64,000 nucleotides of DNA, taken from Eledone cirrhosa (Eukaryota). Numbering within the stretch: the stretch's first letter is position 1; each line of letters begins with the position of its first letter. Positions 9,939 to 22,900 of the stretch are shown piece after piece. The DNA lies in NCBI GenBank assembly GCA_964016885.1, contig OZ024741.1, positions 224,750,001 to 224,814,000 of the forward strand, written 5' to 3'. The notes beneath the pieces are model-generated. The model searched no databases, was not told where the DNA came from, and saw nothing but the letters and a program-made list of their open reading frames with translations. The translations under genes were made by a program, and so were the position numbers.

Positions 9939-10640
9939 TGTAATAACGAGAATATAAGGAATAAATGATTTGGTTATATATAGTTTACTTCACGTGAATC
10001 AATTAAAAAGTACATATAAAACAGTTACCAAGAGTTGTTAATGTAGCTGACGCGAGGCTGTTGTAGCCTGCTGTTGTTGGTGTGAAAACAGCGACCGACA
10101 GATAATTGTTGTTGTTGGAGTGAAAACAGAGAGCGACAGTTAATTGTTGTTGTTGTTGGAATTTGGAGTCCGTGGTAGTAGTTGTGAGACCGTAGTTAGT
10201 AAGAGAGAGAGAGATATGGTTTGTATACCTCTGAATGGTCTGTAATTGGTGGTAGACCACTGTGGCTTGTACATGGTCTGTACAATCTCTGTCTGTGTGT
10301 ATCTGTAGACCTCATGGGGGTCTGTTGATAGTCGTGAATCCTTACATAGTTAGTTGCTAGCGTAATGCTCCGATGTCTCTGACTTTTCTGTAGACCTCTG
10401 GGGTCTGAAGTTAGCGGTTAATCTTTACATAGTTAGTTTTGTAACCTATCGCTCCGATGTCCCTGTGTGTAAAGTGGGAAAATATAGGCTTTATATAGCT
10501 ATCGCTTCCTGTCTCCCCACCTTGAGGGGATAGCCAACGCATCAACCTGTCTACACCAAAAGGGTGTTGACCTAGAATTTAACCTTTAGGTATCACCCAA
10601 AGTTCAAGGCGCGGACAGATTTCGCTAGACCCCCCCCACA
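9939..10640 (-). mobile_element. Possible solo LTR (~700 bp)
   Basis: TGT...ACA termini; CTATATAAAG TATA-like box on minus strand near 10489-10498; internal 85-bp direct repeat; higher GC than flanks. No target-site duplication seen. Confidence 0.4.
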
Positions 10641-10695
10641 CAAACAGATATATATATATATATTTCAAACGTTCAATCAACTGACAAGAAGGTAT

Positions 10696-10738
10696 ACGAT
10701 GCTGATGAAAGCTAATAAGCTAGAAACTAGTTCATCGT
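10696..10738 (+). ncRNA. Minimal type I hammerhead ribozyme motif
   Basis: acgatg-CTGATGA-a-agct-aata-agct-a-GAA-actagt-T-catcgt: 6-bp stem I, 4-bp stem II, palindromic stem III ACTAGT. Confidence 0.8.
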
Positions 10739-11017
10739 TCCTTTGTCAGTGTTGAACAAATAGGGCAGCGATGGTTGCCGAACACTGTACGGCTAATAAT
10801 TCGGGCTGTTTGTTTACAAACAAACCATTATAATAAATGTTCGGTAAACCCATACGTATATATATATATATGTGTGCATGTATGTATGTACATACATACT
10901 ACTGTACGTCTGTATACATATATGTATGTACGTATACATACTTACACTTAAGTATCAGCCGTACTGAGAGTGAGAAATGAAATTTCATTTTTTCCATATA
11001 TATATATATATGGAATA

Positions 11018-11056
11018 TGAACCTGAAGACTGCGAAAGCATGAAAGTACTTGTTCA
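11018..11056 (+). ncRNA. Minimal type I hammerhead ribozyme motif
   Basis: tgaac-CTGAAGA-c-tgc-gaaa-gca-t-GAA-agtact-T-gttca: 5-bp stem I, GAAA-capped stem II, palindromic stem III AGTACT. Confidence 0.8.
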
Positions 11057-11212
11057 ATTAACATTTAACATTTAATATTCTACCATTCTATTTCATTATA
11101 TCATTATAATTTTAAAGGATTGCAAATAAAAGAAGTAAATCAGACAAAGTTGGAATTCCTTTTATTAATATAATCTTCTATACACAATCATATACACTCG
11201 TGTATATTTATT

Positions 11213-11254
11213 TATATAAATATATACATATATATATATACATATATATATGTA

Positions 11255-11287
<33 letters not shown>

Positions 11288-11295
11288 GTATATAC

Positions 11296-11377
<82 letters not shown>

Positions 11378-11545
11378 GTATATACGTATATATATATATA
11401 TGTATATACATATATATATACATACATATATATATATACATATATACATATATGTACATATATATATATACACACACACATATATATATATATATATACA
11501 TATATATACATATATATATACATATATATATATATGTATATATAC

Positions 11546-11612
<67 letters not shown>

Positions 11613-11677
11613 TATATATATATATGTATATATATATATACATATATATATATGTATATATACATATATATATATAC
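11213..11677. repeat. Long interrupted (TA)n microsatellite
   Basis: Direct reading. Confidence 0.95.
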
Positions 11678-11867
11678 GGTGACACCCTTAATGATAGTAA
11701 CATGCAACCACATACGCACACTCATATGCATACATATACACACTCAGGCATCATGCATGTACACCCCCTTCAACACCAAACATACCTACATACATTGATG
11801 TACACCGCCCCAACACCAAACGCAGAGACACACACATACTTACTTTCATAAATACATACATACCTAC

Positions 11868-11869
<2 letters not shown>

Positions 11870-11935
<66 letters not shown>

Positions 11936-12074
11936 GTGTGTGTGTCTGTATATATATATATGTGTGTGTGTCTATATATATATATGTGTGTGTGTCTGTA
12001 TATATATATATATATATGTGTGTGTCTGTATATATATATATGTGTGTGTGTCTATATATATATATGTGTGTGTG

Positions 12075-12119
<45 letters not shown>

Positions 12120-12139
12120 CTGTATATATATATATATAT
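11870..12139. repeat. (CA)n followed by compound (TA)n/(TG)n units with a recurring gtc(tg)ta hinge
   Basis: Direct reading. Confidence 0.9.
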
Positions 12140-12468
12140 GAAAACAGGGAGAAAGAGACGATTATTGGGAAGAAAAATATTTTTTTTCCCTTTTTATTTC
12201 TTTCTCTCTTTTTTCTGGGTTAGAAAATGATTAAAACGAAATATTTTACTTTGTGTGAAGTGTTAAGGAATTAGTTGATTTATTTATTAATTAACAATGG
12301 CCTTTATTTATCTATTTATATATTTAATAATTTTCTATTACCGGTTTCAGCATTTTTATGCATTATCAAATGATAGAGATATGTATTGGTGTAGAATGGT
12401 GGTGTCGCACATGTTAAAGAGAAGGTGCAGAAAGAATAATGTTATTTACAAACAAGGTTTATGAAGTG

Positions 12469-12563
12469 AAAAGAAAAAAGAAAAAAGAAAAAAGAAAAAA
12501 GAAAAAAGAAAAAAGAAAAAAGAAAAAAGAAAAAAGAAAAAAGAAAAAGAAAAAAGAAAAAAA
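12469..12563. repeat. (GAAAAAA)n heptamer repeat
   Basis: Direct reading. Confidence 0.95.
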
Positions 12564-12947
12564 GGAGCGTAATGTGGAGCATAAAAAGTCATTGTGAAAG
12601 AAAAAATAATGTTATTTACAGGCATAGTTCTTGAAGGTAAGCAGATCAAAATGTGTTAATATAGTAAGGCTGCTTAGTTGATCCATGATGGAGGCAAATA
12701 TATATATTAAAGGTATATGTTCCGACATGTAATTAATACACATAGGGACACAAATATAGTCCGACCGTATGCCTGTGTGTTTCAATGGCAAGTTAATAAA
12801 TTAACAAGCTAGAACATATAAAATCAGGGAGTGTAAACACAGAAAATATCCTAAAAAATATAAAAAAATATAGATTCCAAAAAATTCACTGTACTTACTA
12901 TATGTGCCCTTACCGCGGTTTCAGATCCCAAACAAATAGATAATCCA

Positions 12948-12961
12948 ATATATATATATAT

Positions 12962-13053
<92 letters not shown>

Positions 13054-13080
13054 ACACACATATATATACACATATATATA
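12948..13080. repeat. (TA)n-(CA)n microsatellite
   Basis: Direct reading. Confidence 0.95.
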
Positions 13081-13209
13081 GACATATGCACCAAAACACG
13101 CACCTCATATATGAAAGACCACAAAATACATTAACACAGAAAGGGCAAAAGGCACGAGAAGAAAAAAACATTAAACTGCAGCCACCCCCACCCCTACCAC
13201 ATACTAACA

Positions 13210-13556
13210 TGTTGGTTGTTGTTATTATTGATGATGGTAATGGGGATGATGTTGATGATGGAGATGATGGTCATAATGATCGTTGTGGTGATGGTGATGG
13301 TGGTGATAATGATGATAACGATAATGGTGGTGGTGATGATTGTGGCAGTGGTGATGATGATAATGATGGTGTTGATGATAACAGTGGTGAAGATGATGAT
13401 GATGATGATGACGACGAAGATGATGACGATGATGACGATGATGATGATAATGATAACGATGGCGATAATAATGATGGCGGAAGCGACGATGGTAACGATG
13501 GTAACGATGGTAACGATGGTGCCAGTGGTGATGATGATGAGGTTGATGACGATGGT
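13210..13556. repeat. Degenerate (GAT/GGT)n trinucleotide tract
   Basis: Direct reading; source of the poly-D/poly-M/poly-H pseudo-ORFs. Confidence 0.9.
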
Positions 13557-13625
13557 TAAACATGTTCATTTCTGAATGTGAAATACATTTGAAAATAAAC
13601 AATAAAATGAAAAAAAACCAACAAA

Positions 13626-13753
<128 letters not shown>

Positions 13754-13965
13754 CAAACCAAAACGAACGGCATTTTCATTAAAAATGCAATCATTTTTCA
13801 GTTAATTGACTTTTGATGAGGAACCTCCAGAGTTGCTGAGATTTAAGCAAAGATGCAATCTCACAAAGGGCACTGTATAATTAAAGACAATTTACTGGAA
13901 TATCATCTCGTTAACATATTATTATGATTGGGATACTGGTAATGAAGATGATAGTAGTAGTAGGA

Positions 13966-16900
13966 GGTGGTGGTGGTGGTTTGTATTGTTGTTGTTGATT
14001 GGTTGGGGTTGGTGGTGGTTAGTATTGTTGTTGTTGATTGGTTGGGGTTTGTGGTGGTTAGTATTGTTGTTGTTGATTGGTTGGGGTTTGTGGTGGTTAG
14101 TATTGTTGTTGTTGATTGGTTGGGGTTTGTGGTGGTTAGTATTGTTGTTGTTGATTGGTTGGGGTTGGTGGTGGTTAGTATTGTTGTTGTTGATTGGTTG
14201 GGGTTTGTGGTGGGTCGTATTGTTGTTGTTGATTAGTTGGTGTTTGTGGTGGTTAGTATTGTTGTTGATTGGTTGGGATTTGTGGTGGTTAGTATTGTTG
14301 TTGTTGATTGGTTGGCGTTTGTGGTGGTTAGTATTGTTGTTGTTGATTGGTTGGGGTTGGTGGTGGTTAGTATTGTTGTTGATCGGTTGGGGTTTGTGGT
14401 GGTTAGTATTGTTGTTGATTGGTTGGGATTTGTGGTGGTTAGTATTGTTGTTGTTTATTGGTTGGCGTTTGTGGTGGTTAGTATTGTTGTTGTTGATTGG
14501 TTGGGTTTTGTGGTGGTTAGTATTGTTGTTGTTGATTGGTTGGGGTTTGTGGTGGTTAGTATTGTTGTTGTTGATTGGTTGGCGTTTGTGGTGGTTAGTA
14601 TTGTTGTTGTTGATTGGTTGGGTTTTGTGGTGGTTAGTATTGTTGTTGATTGGTTGGTTGGGGTTGGTGGTGGTTAGTATTGTTGTTGTTGATTAGTTGG
14701 GGTTTGTGGTGGTTAGTATTGTTGTTGGTGATTGGTTGGGGTTTGTGGTGGTTAGTATTGCTGTTGTTGATTGGTTGGGGTTGGTAGTGGTTAGTATTGT
14801 TGTTGTTGATTGGTTGGGGTTTGTGGTGGTTAGTATTGTTGTTGTTGATTGGTTGGGGTTTGTGGTGGTTAGTATTGTTGTTGTTGATTAGTTGGGGTTT
14901 GTGGTGGTTAGTATTGTTGTTGGTGATTGGTTGGGGTTTGTGGTGGTTAGTATTGCGGTTGTTGATTGGTTGGGGTTGGTAGTGGTTAGTATTGTTGTTG
15001 TTGATTGGTTGGGGTTTGTGGTGGTTAGTATTGTTGTTGTTGATTGGTTGGGGTTTGTGGTGGTTAGTATTGTTGTTGTTGATTAGTTGGGGTTTGTGGT
15101 GGTTAGTATTGTTGTTGATTGGTTGGTTGGGGTTTGTGGTGGTTAGTATTGTTGTTGTTGATTGGTTGGGGTTTGTGGAGGTTAGTATTGTTGTTGTTGA
15201 TTGGTTGGAGTTGGTGGTGGTTAGTATTGTTGTTGTTGATTGGTTGGGGTTTGTGGTGGTTAGTATTGTTGTTGTTGATTAGTTGGGGTTTGTGGTGGTT
15301 AGTATAGTTGTTGATTGGTTGGTTGGGGTTTGTGGTGGTTAGTATTGTTGTTGATTGGTTGGTTGGGGTTTGTGGTGGTTAGTATTGTTGTTGTTGATTG
15401 GTTGGGGTTTGTGGTGGTTAGTATTGTTGTTGTTGATTGGTTGGGGTTGGTGGTGGTTAGTATTGTTGTTGTTGATTGGTTGGGGTTTGTGGTGGTTAGT
15501 ATTGTTGTTGATCGGTTGGGGTTTGTGGTGGGAATTATTGTTGTTGTTGATTGGTTGGGATTTGTGGTGGTTAGTATTGTTGTTGATCGGTTGGGTTTTG
15601 TGGTGGTTAGTATTGTTGTTGTTGATTGGTTGGCGTTTGTGGTGGTTAGTATTGTTGTTGTTGATTGGTTGGGTTTTGTGGTGGTTAGTATTGTTGTTGT
15701 TGATTGGTTGGGGTTTGTGGTGGTTAGTATTGTTGTTGTTGATTGGTTGGGTTTTTTGGTGGTTAGTATTGTTGTTGTTGATTGGTTGGGGTTGGTGGTG
15801 GTTAGTTTTGTTGTTGATTGGTTCGGGTTGGTGGTGGTTAGTATTGTTGTTGTTGATTGGTTGGGGTTTGTGGTGGTTAGTATTGTTGTTGTTGATTGGT
15901 TGGGGTTTGTGGTGGTTAGTATTGTTGTTGATTGGTTGGGGTTTGTGGTGGTTAGTATTGTTGTTGATTGGTTGGGGTTTGTGGTGGTTAGAATTGTTGT
16001 TGATTGGTTGGGGTTTGTGGTGGTTAGTATTGTTGTTGATTGGTTGGGGTTTGTGGTGGTTAGTATTGTTGTTGTTGATTGGTTGGGGTTTGTGGTGGTT
16101 AGTATTTTTGTTGTTGATTGGTTGGGGTTTGTGGTGGTTAGTATTGTTATTGTTGATTGGTTGGGGTTTGTGGTGGTTAGTATTGTTGTTGTTGATTGGT
16201 TGGGGTTGGTGGTGGTTAGTTTTGTTGTTGATTGGTTCGGGTTGGTGGTGGTTAGTATTGTTGTTGTTGATTGGTTGGGGTTTGTGGTGGTTAGTATTGT
16301 TGTTGTTGATTGGTTGGGGTTTGTGGTGGTTAGAATTGTTTTTGTTGATTGGTGGGGTTTGTGGTGGTTAGTATTGTTGTTGATTGGATGGGGTTTGTGG
16401 TGGTTAGAATTGTTGTTGATTGGTTGGGGTTTGTGGTTATTAGTATAGTTGTTGTTGATTGGTTGGGGTTTGTGGTGGTTAGTATTGTTGTTGTTGATTA
16501 GTTGGGGTTTGTGGTGGTTAGTATAGTTGTTGATTGGTTGGTTGGGGTTTGTGGTGGTTAGTATTGTTGTTGATTGGTTGGTTGGGGTTTGTGGTGGTTA
16601 GTATTGTTGTTGTTGATTGGTTGGGGTTTGTGGTGGTTAGTATTGTTGTTGTTGATTGGTTGGGGTTGGTGGTGGTGAGTATTGTTGTTGTTGATTGGTT
16701 GGGGTTTGTGGTGGTTAGTATTGTTGTTGATCGGTTGGGGTTTGTGGTGGGAATTATTGTTGTTGTTGATTGGTTGGCATTTGTGGTGGTTAGTATTGTT
16801 GTTGTAGATTGGTTGGCGTTTGTGGTGGTTAGTATTGTTGTTGTTGATTGGTTGGGTTTTGTGGTGGTTAGTATTGTTGTTGTTGATTGGTTGGGGTTTG

Positions 16901-19900
16901 TGGTGGTTAGTATTGTTGTTGTTGATTGGTTGGATTTTGTGGTGGTTAGTATTGTTGTTGTTGATTGGTTGGGGTTGGTGGTGGTTAGTATTGTTGTTGA
17001 TTGGTTGGGGTTTGTGGTGGTTAGTATTGTTGTTGATCGGCTGGGGTTTGTGGTGGTTAGTATTGTTGTTGTTGATTGGTTGGGGTTTTGGTAGTTAGTA
17101 TTGTTGTTGTTGATTGGTGGGGTTTGTGGTGGTTAGTATTGTTGTTGATTGGATGGGGTTTGTGGTGGTTAGAATTGTTGTTGATTGGTTGGGGTTCGTG
17201 GTGGATAGTATTGTTGTTGATTGGTTGGGGTTTGTGGTGGTTAGAATTGTTGTTGATTGGTTGGGGTTTGTGGTGGTTAGTATTGTTGTTGATTGGTTGG
17301 GGTTTGTGGTGGTTAGTATTGTTGTTGTTGATTGGTTGGGGTTTGTGGTGGTTAGTATTGTTGTTGTTGATTGGTTGGGGTTTGTGGTGGTTAGTATTGT
17401 TATTGTTGATTGGTTGGGGTTTGTGGTGGTTTGTATTGTCGTTGTTGATTAGTTGGGGTTTGTGGTGGTTAGTATTGTTGTTGTTGATTGGTGGGGTTTG
17501 TGGTGGTTAGTATTGTTGTTGATTGGATGGGGTTTGTGGTGGTTAGAATTGTTGTTGATTGGTTGGGGTTCGTGGTGGTTAGTATTGTTGTTGATTGGTT
17601 GGGGTTTGTGGTGGTTAGAATTGTTGTTGATTGGTTGGGGTTTGTGGTGGTTAGTATTGTTGTTGATTGGTTGGGGTTTGTGGTGGTTAGTATTGTTGTT
17701 GTTGATTGGTTGGGGTTTGTGGTGGTTAGTATTGTTGTTGTTGATTAGTTGGGGTTTGTGGTGGTTAGTATTGTTGTTGATTGGTTGGTTGGGTTTTGTG
17801 GTGGTTAGTATTGTTGTTGTTGATTGGTTGGGGTTTGTGGTGGTTAGTATTGTTGTTGTTGATTGGTTGGGTTTTGTGGTGGTTAGTATTGTTGTTGTTG
17901 ATTGGTTGGGGTTGGTGGTTGTTAGTATTGTTGTTGTTGATTGGTTGGGGTTTGTGGTGGTTAGTATTGTTGTTGTTGATTGGTTGGGGTTTGTGGTGGT
18001 TAGTATTGTTGTTGTTGATTGGTTGGGTTTTGTGGTGGTTAGTATTGTTGTTGTTGATTGGTTGGGGTTGGTGGTTGTTAGTGTTGTTGTTGATTGGTTG
18101 GGGTTGGTGGTGGTTAGTATTGTTGTTGTTGATTGGTTGGGGTTTGTGGTGGTTAGTATTGTTGTTGTTGATTGGTTGGGGTTTGTGGTGGTTAGTATTG
18201 TTGTTGTTAATTGGTTGGGGTTTGTGGTGGTTAGAATTGTTGTTGATTGGTTGGGGTTTGTGGTGGTTAGTATTGTTGTTGTTGATTGGTTGGGGTTTGT
18301 GGTGGTTACTATTGTTGTTTTTGATTGGTTGGCGTTTGTGGTGGTGAGTATTGTTGTTGTTGATTGGTTGGGGTTTGTGGTGGTTAGTATTGTTGTTGTT
18401 GATTGGTTGGTGTTTGTGGTGGTTAGTATTGTTGTTGATTGGTTGGGATTTGTGGTGGATAGTATTGTTGTTGCTGATTGGTTGGTGTTTGTGGTCGTTA
18501 GTATTTTTTTTGTTGATTGGTTGGGTTGGTGTTGGTTAGTATTGTTGTTGTTGATTAGTTGGGGTCTGTGGTGGTTAGTATAGTTGTTGATTGGTTGGTT
18601 GGGGTTTGTGGTGGTTAGTATTGTTGTTGTTGATTGCTTGGGGTTTGTGGTGGTTAGTATTGTTGTTGTTGATTGGTTGGGGTTGGTGGTGGTTAGTATT
18701 GTTGTTGTTGATTGGTTGGGGTTTGTGGTGGTTAGTATTGTTGTTGATCGTTTGGGGTTTGTGGTGGGAATTATTGTTGTTGTTGATTGGTTGGGATTTG
18801 TGGTGGTTAGTATTGTTGTTGATCGGTTGGGGTTTGTGGTGGTTAGTATTGTTGTTGTTGATTGGTTGGCGTTTGTGGTGGTTAGTATTGTTGTTGTTGA
18901 TTGGTTGGGTTTTGTGGTGGTTAGTATTGTTGTTGTTGATTGGTTGGGGTTTGTGGAGGTTAGTATTGTTGTTGTTGATTGGTTGCGTTTTGTGGTGGTT
19001 AGTATTGTTGTTGTTGATTGGTTGGGGTTGGTGGTGGTTAGTTTTGTTGTTGATTGGTTCGGGTTGGTGGTGGTTAGTATTGTTGTTGTTGATTGGTTGG
19101 GGTTTGTGGTGGTTAGTATTGTTGTTGTTGATTGGTTGGGGTTTGTGGTGGTTAGTATTGTTGTTGTTGATTGGTGGGGTTTGTGGTGGTTAGTATTGTT
19201 GTTGATTGGATGGGGTTTGTGGTGGTTAGAATTGTTGTTGATTGGTTGGGGTTTGTGGTGGTTAGTATTGTTGTTGATTGGTTGGGGTTTGTGGTGGTTA
19301 GAATTGTTGTTGATTGGTTGGGGTTTGTGGTGGTTAGTATTGTTGTTGATTGGTTGGGGTTTGTGGTGGTTAGTATTGTTGTTGTTGATTGGTTGGGGTT
19401 TGTGGTGGTTAGTATTGTTGTTGTTGATTGGTTGGGGTTGGTGGTGGTTAGTATTGTTGTTGTTGATTGGTTGGGGTTTGTGGTGGTTAGTATTGTTGTT
19501 GTTGATTAGTTGGGGTTTGTGGTGGTTAGTATTGTTGTTGGTGATTGGTTGGGGTTTGTGGTGGCTAGTATTGTTGTTGTTGATTAGTTGGGGTTTGTGG
19601 TGGTTAGTATTGTTGTTGGGGTTTGTGGTGGTTAGTATTGTTGTTGTTGATTTGTTGGGGTTGGTAGTGGTTAGTATTGTTGTTGTTGATTGTTTGGGGT
19701 TTGTGGTTATTAGTATTGTTGTCGTTGATTGGTTGGGGTTTGTGGTGGTTAGTATTGTTGTTGTTGATTAGTTGGGGTTTGTGGTGGTTAGTATTGTTTT
19801 TGTTGATTAGTTGGGGTTTGTGGTGGTTAGTATTGTTGTTGTTGATTGGTTGGGGTTTCTGGTGGTTAGTATTGTTGTTGATTGGTTGGGGTTTGTGGTT

Positions 19901-22900
19901 GTTAGTATTGTTGTTGATTGGTTGGGTTTTGTGGTGGTTAGTATTGTTGTTGATTGGTTGGCATTTGTGGTCGATAGTATTGTTGTTGTTGATTGGTTGG
20001 TGTTTGTGGTGGTTAGTATTTTTGTTGTTGATTGGTTGGGTTGGTGGTGGTTAGTATTGTTGTTGTTGATTAGTTGGGGTTTGTGGTGGTTAGTATAGTT
20101 GTTGATTGGTTGGTTGGGGTTTGTGGTGGTTAGTATTGTTGTTGATTGGTTGGTTGGGGTTTGTGGTGGTTAGTATTGTTGTTGTTGATTGGTTGGGGTT
20201 TGTGGTGGTTAGTATTGTTGTTGTTGATTGGTTGGGGTTGGTGGTGGTTAGTATTGTTGTTGTTGATTGGTTGGGGTTTGTGGTGGTTAGTATTGTTGTT
20301 GTTGATTGGTTGGGGTTGGTGGTGGTTAGTATTGTTGTTGTTGATTGGTTGGGTTTTGTGGTGGTTAGTATTGTTGTTGTTGATTGGTTGGGGTTTGTTG
20401 TGGTTAGTATTGTTGTTGTTGATTGGTTGGGTTTTGTGGTGGTTAGTATTGTTATTGTTGATTGGTTGGGGTTGGTGGTGGTTAGTTTTGTTGTTGATTG
20501 GTTCGGGTTGGTGGTGGTTAGTATTGTTGTTGTTGATTGGTTGGGGTTTGTGGTGGTCAGTATTGTTGTTGTTGATTGGTTGGGGCTTGTGGTGGTTAGT
20601 ATTGTTGTTGTTGATTGGTGGGGGTTTGTGGTGGTTAGTATTGTTGTTGTTGATTAGTTGGGGTTTGTGGTGGTTAGTATTGTTGTTGGTGATTGGTTGG
20701 GGTTTGTGGTGGCTAGTATTGTTGTTGTTGATTAGTTGGGGTTTGTGGTGGTTAGTATTGTTGTTGGTGATTGGTTGGGGTTTGTGGTGGTTAGTATTGT
20801 TGTTGTTGATTTGTTGGGGTTGGTAGTGGTTAGTATTGTTGTCGTTGATTGTTTGGGGTTTGTGGTTATTAGTATTGTTGTCGTTGATTGGTTGGGGTTT
20901 GTGGTGGTTAGTATTGTTGTTGTTGATTAGTTGGGGTTTGTGGTGGTTAGTATTGTTTTTGTTGATTAGTTGGGGTTTGTGGTGGTTAGTATTGTTGTTG
21001 TTGATTGGTTGGGGTTTCTGGTGGTTAGTATTGTTGTTGTTGATTGGTTGGGGTTTGTGGTTGTTAGTATTGTTGTTGATTGGTTGGGTTTTGTGGTGGT
21101 TAGTATTGTTGTTGATTGGTTGGGATTTGTGGTCGATAGTATTGTTGTTGTTGATTGGTTGGTGTTTGTGGTGGTTAGTATTTTTGTTGATTGGTTGGTT
21201 GGGGTTTGTGGTGGTTAGTATTGTTGTTGTTGATTGGTTGGGGTTTGTGGTGGTTAGTATTGTTGTTGTTGATTGGTTGGGGTTGGTGGTGGTTAGTATT
21301 GTTGTTGTTGATTGGTTGGGGTTTGTGGTGGTTAGTATTGTTGTTGTTGATTGGTTGGGGTTGGTGGTGGTTAGTATTGTTGTTGTTGATTGGTTGGGTT
21401 TTGTGGTGGTTAGTATTGTTGTTGTTGATTGGTTGGGGTTTGTTGTGGTTAGTATTGTTGTTGTTGATTGGTTGGGTTTTGTGGTGGTTAGTATTGTTAT
21501 TGTTGATTGGTTGGGGTTGGTGGTGGTTAGTTTTGTTGTTGATTGGTTCGGGTTGGTGGTGGTTAGTATTGTTGTTGTTGATTGGTTGGGGTTTGTGGTG
21601 GTCAGTATTGTTGTTGTTGATTGGTTGGGGCTTGTGGTGGTTAGTATTGTTGTTGTTGATTGGTGGGGTTTGTGGTGGTTAGTATTGTTGTTGATTGGAT
21701 GGGGTCTGTGGTGGTTAGAATTGTTGTTGACTGGTTGGGGTTTGTGGTGGTTAGTATTGTTGTTGATTGGTCGGGGTTTGTGGTGGTTAGAATTGTTGTT
21801 GATTGGTTGGGGTTTGTGGTGGTTAGTATTGTTGTTGATTGGTTGGGGTTTGTGGTGGTTAGTATTGATGTTGATCGGCAGGGGTTTGTGGTGGGAATTA
21901 TTGTTGTTGTTGATTGGTTGGGTTGGTGGTGGTTAGTATTGTTGTTGTTGATTAGTTGGGGTTTGTGGTGGTTAGTATTGTTGTTGATTGGTCGGGGTTT
22001 GTGGTGGTTAGAATTGTTGTTGATTGGTTGGGGTTTGTGGTGGTTAGTATAGTTGTTGATTGTTTGGTTGGGGTTTGTGGTGGTTAGTATTGTTGTTGTT
22101 GATTGGTTGGGGTTTGTGGTGGTTAGTATTGTTGTTGTTGATTGGTTGGGTTGGTGGTGGTTAGTATTGTTGTTGTTGATTAGTTGGGGTTTGTGGTGGT
22201 TAGTATAGTTGTTGATTGGTTGGTTGGGGTTTGTGGTGGTTAGTATTGTTGTTGATTGGTTGGTTGGGGTTTGTGGTGGTTAGTATTGTTTTCGTTGATT
22301 GATTGGGGTTTGTGGTGGTTAGTATTGTTGTTGTTGATTGGTTGGGTTTTCTGGTGGTTAGTATTGTTGTTGTTGATTGGTTGGGGTTGGTGGTGGTTAG
22401 TGTTGCTGTTGATTGGTTGGGGTTGGTGATGGTTAGTATTGTTGTTGTTGATTGGTTGGGGTTTGTGGTGGTTAGTATTGTTGTTGTTGATTGGTTGGGG
22501 TTTGTGGTGGTTAGTATTGTTGTTGTTGATTGGTTGGGGTTGGTGGTGGTTAGTATTGTTGTTGTTGATTGGTTGGGTTTTGTGGTGGTTAGTATTGTTG
22601 TTGTTGATTGGTTGGGTTTTGTGGTGGTTAGTATTGTTGTTGTTGATTGGTTGGGGTTGGTGGTTGTTAGTATTGTTGTTGTTGATTGGTTGGGGTTTGT
22701 GGTGGTTAGTATTGTTGTTGTTGATTGGTTGGGGTTTGTGGTGGTTAGTATTGTTGTTGTTGATTGGTTGGGTTTTGTGGTGGTTAGTATTGTTGTTGTT
22801 GATTGGTTGGGGTTGGTGGTTGTTAGTGTTGTTGTTGATTGGTTGGGGTTGGTGGTGGTTAGTATTGTTGTTGTTGATTGGTTGGGGTTTGTGGTGGTTA

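Noticed and set aside
13086-13559. Asp-rich 157-aa ORF (possible acidic biomineralisation protein)
   Set aside because: It is a translation of a (GAT)n tract that is open in several frames and lies between (CA)n repeats; no signal peptide or gene structure is evident.
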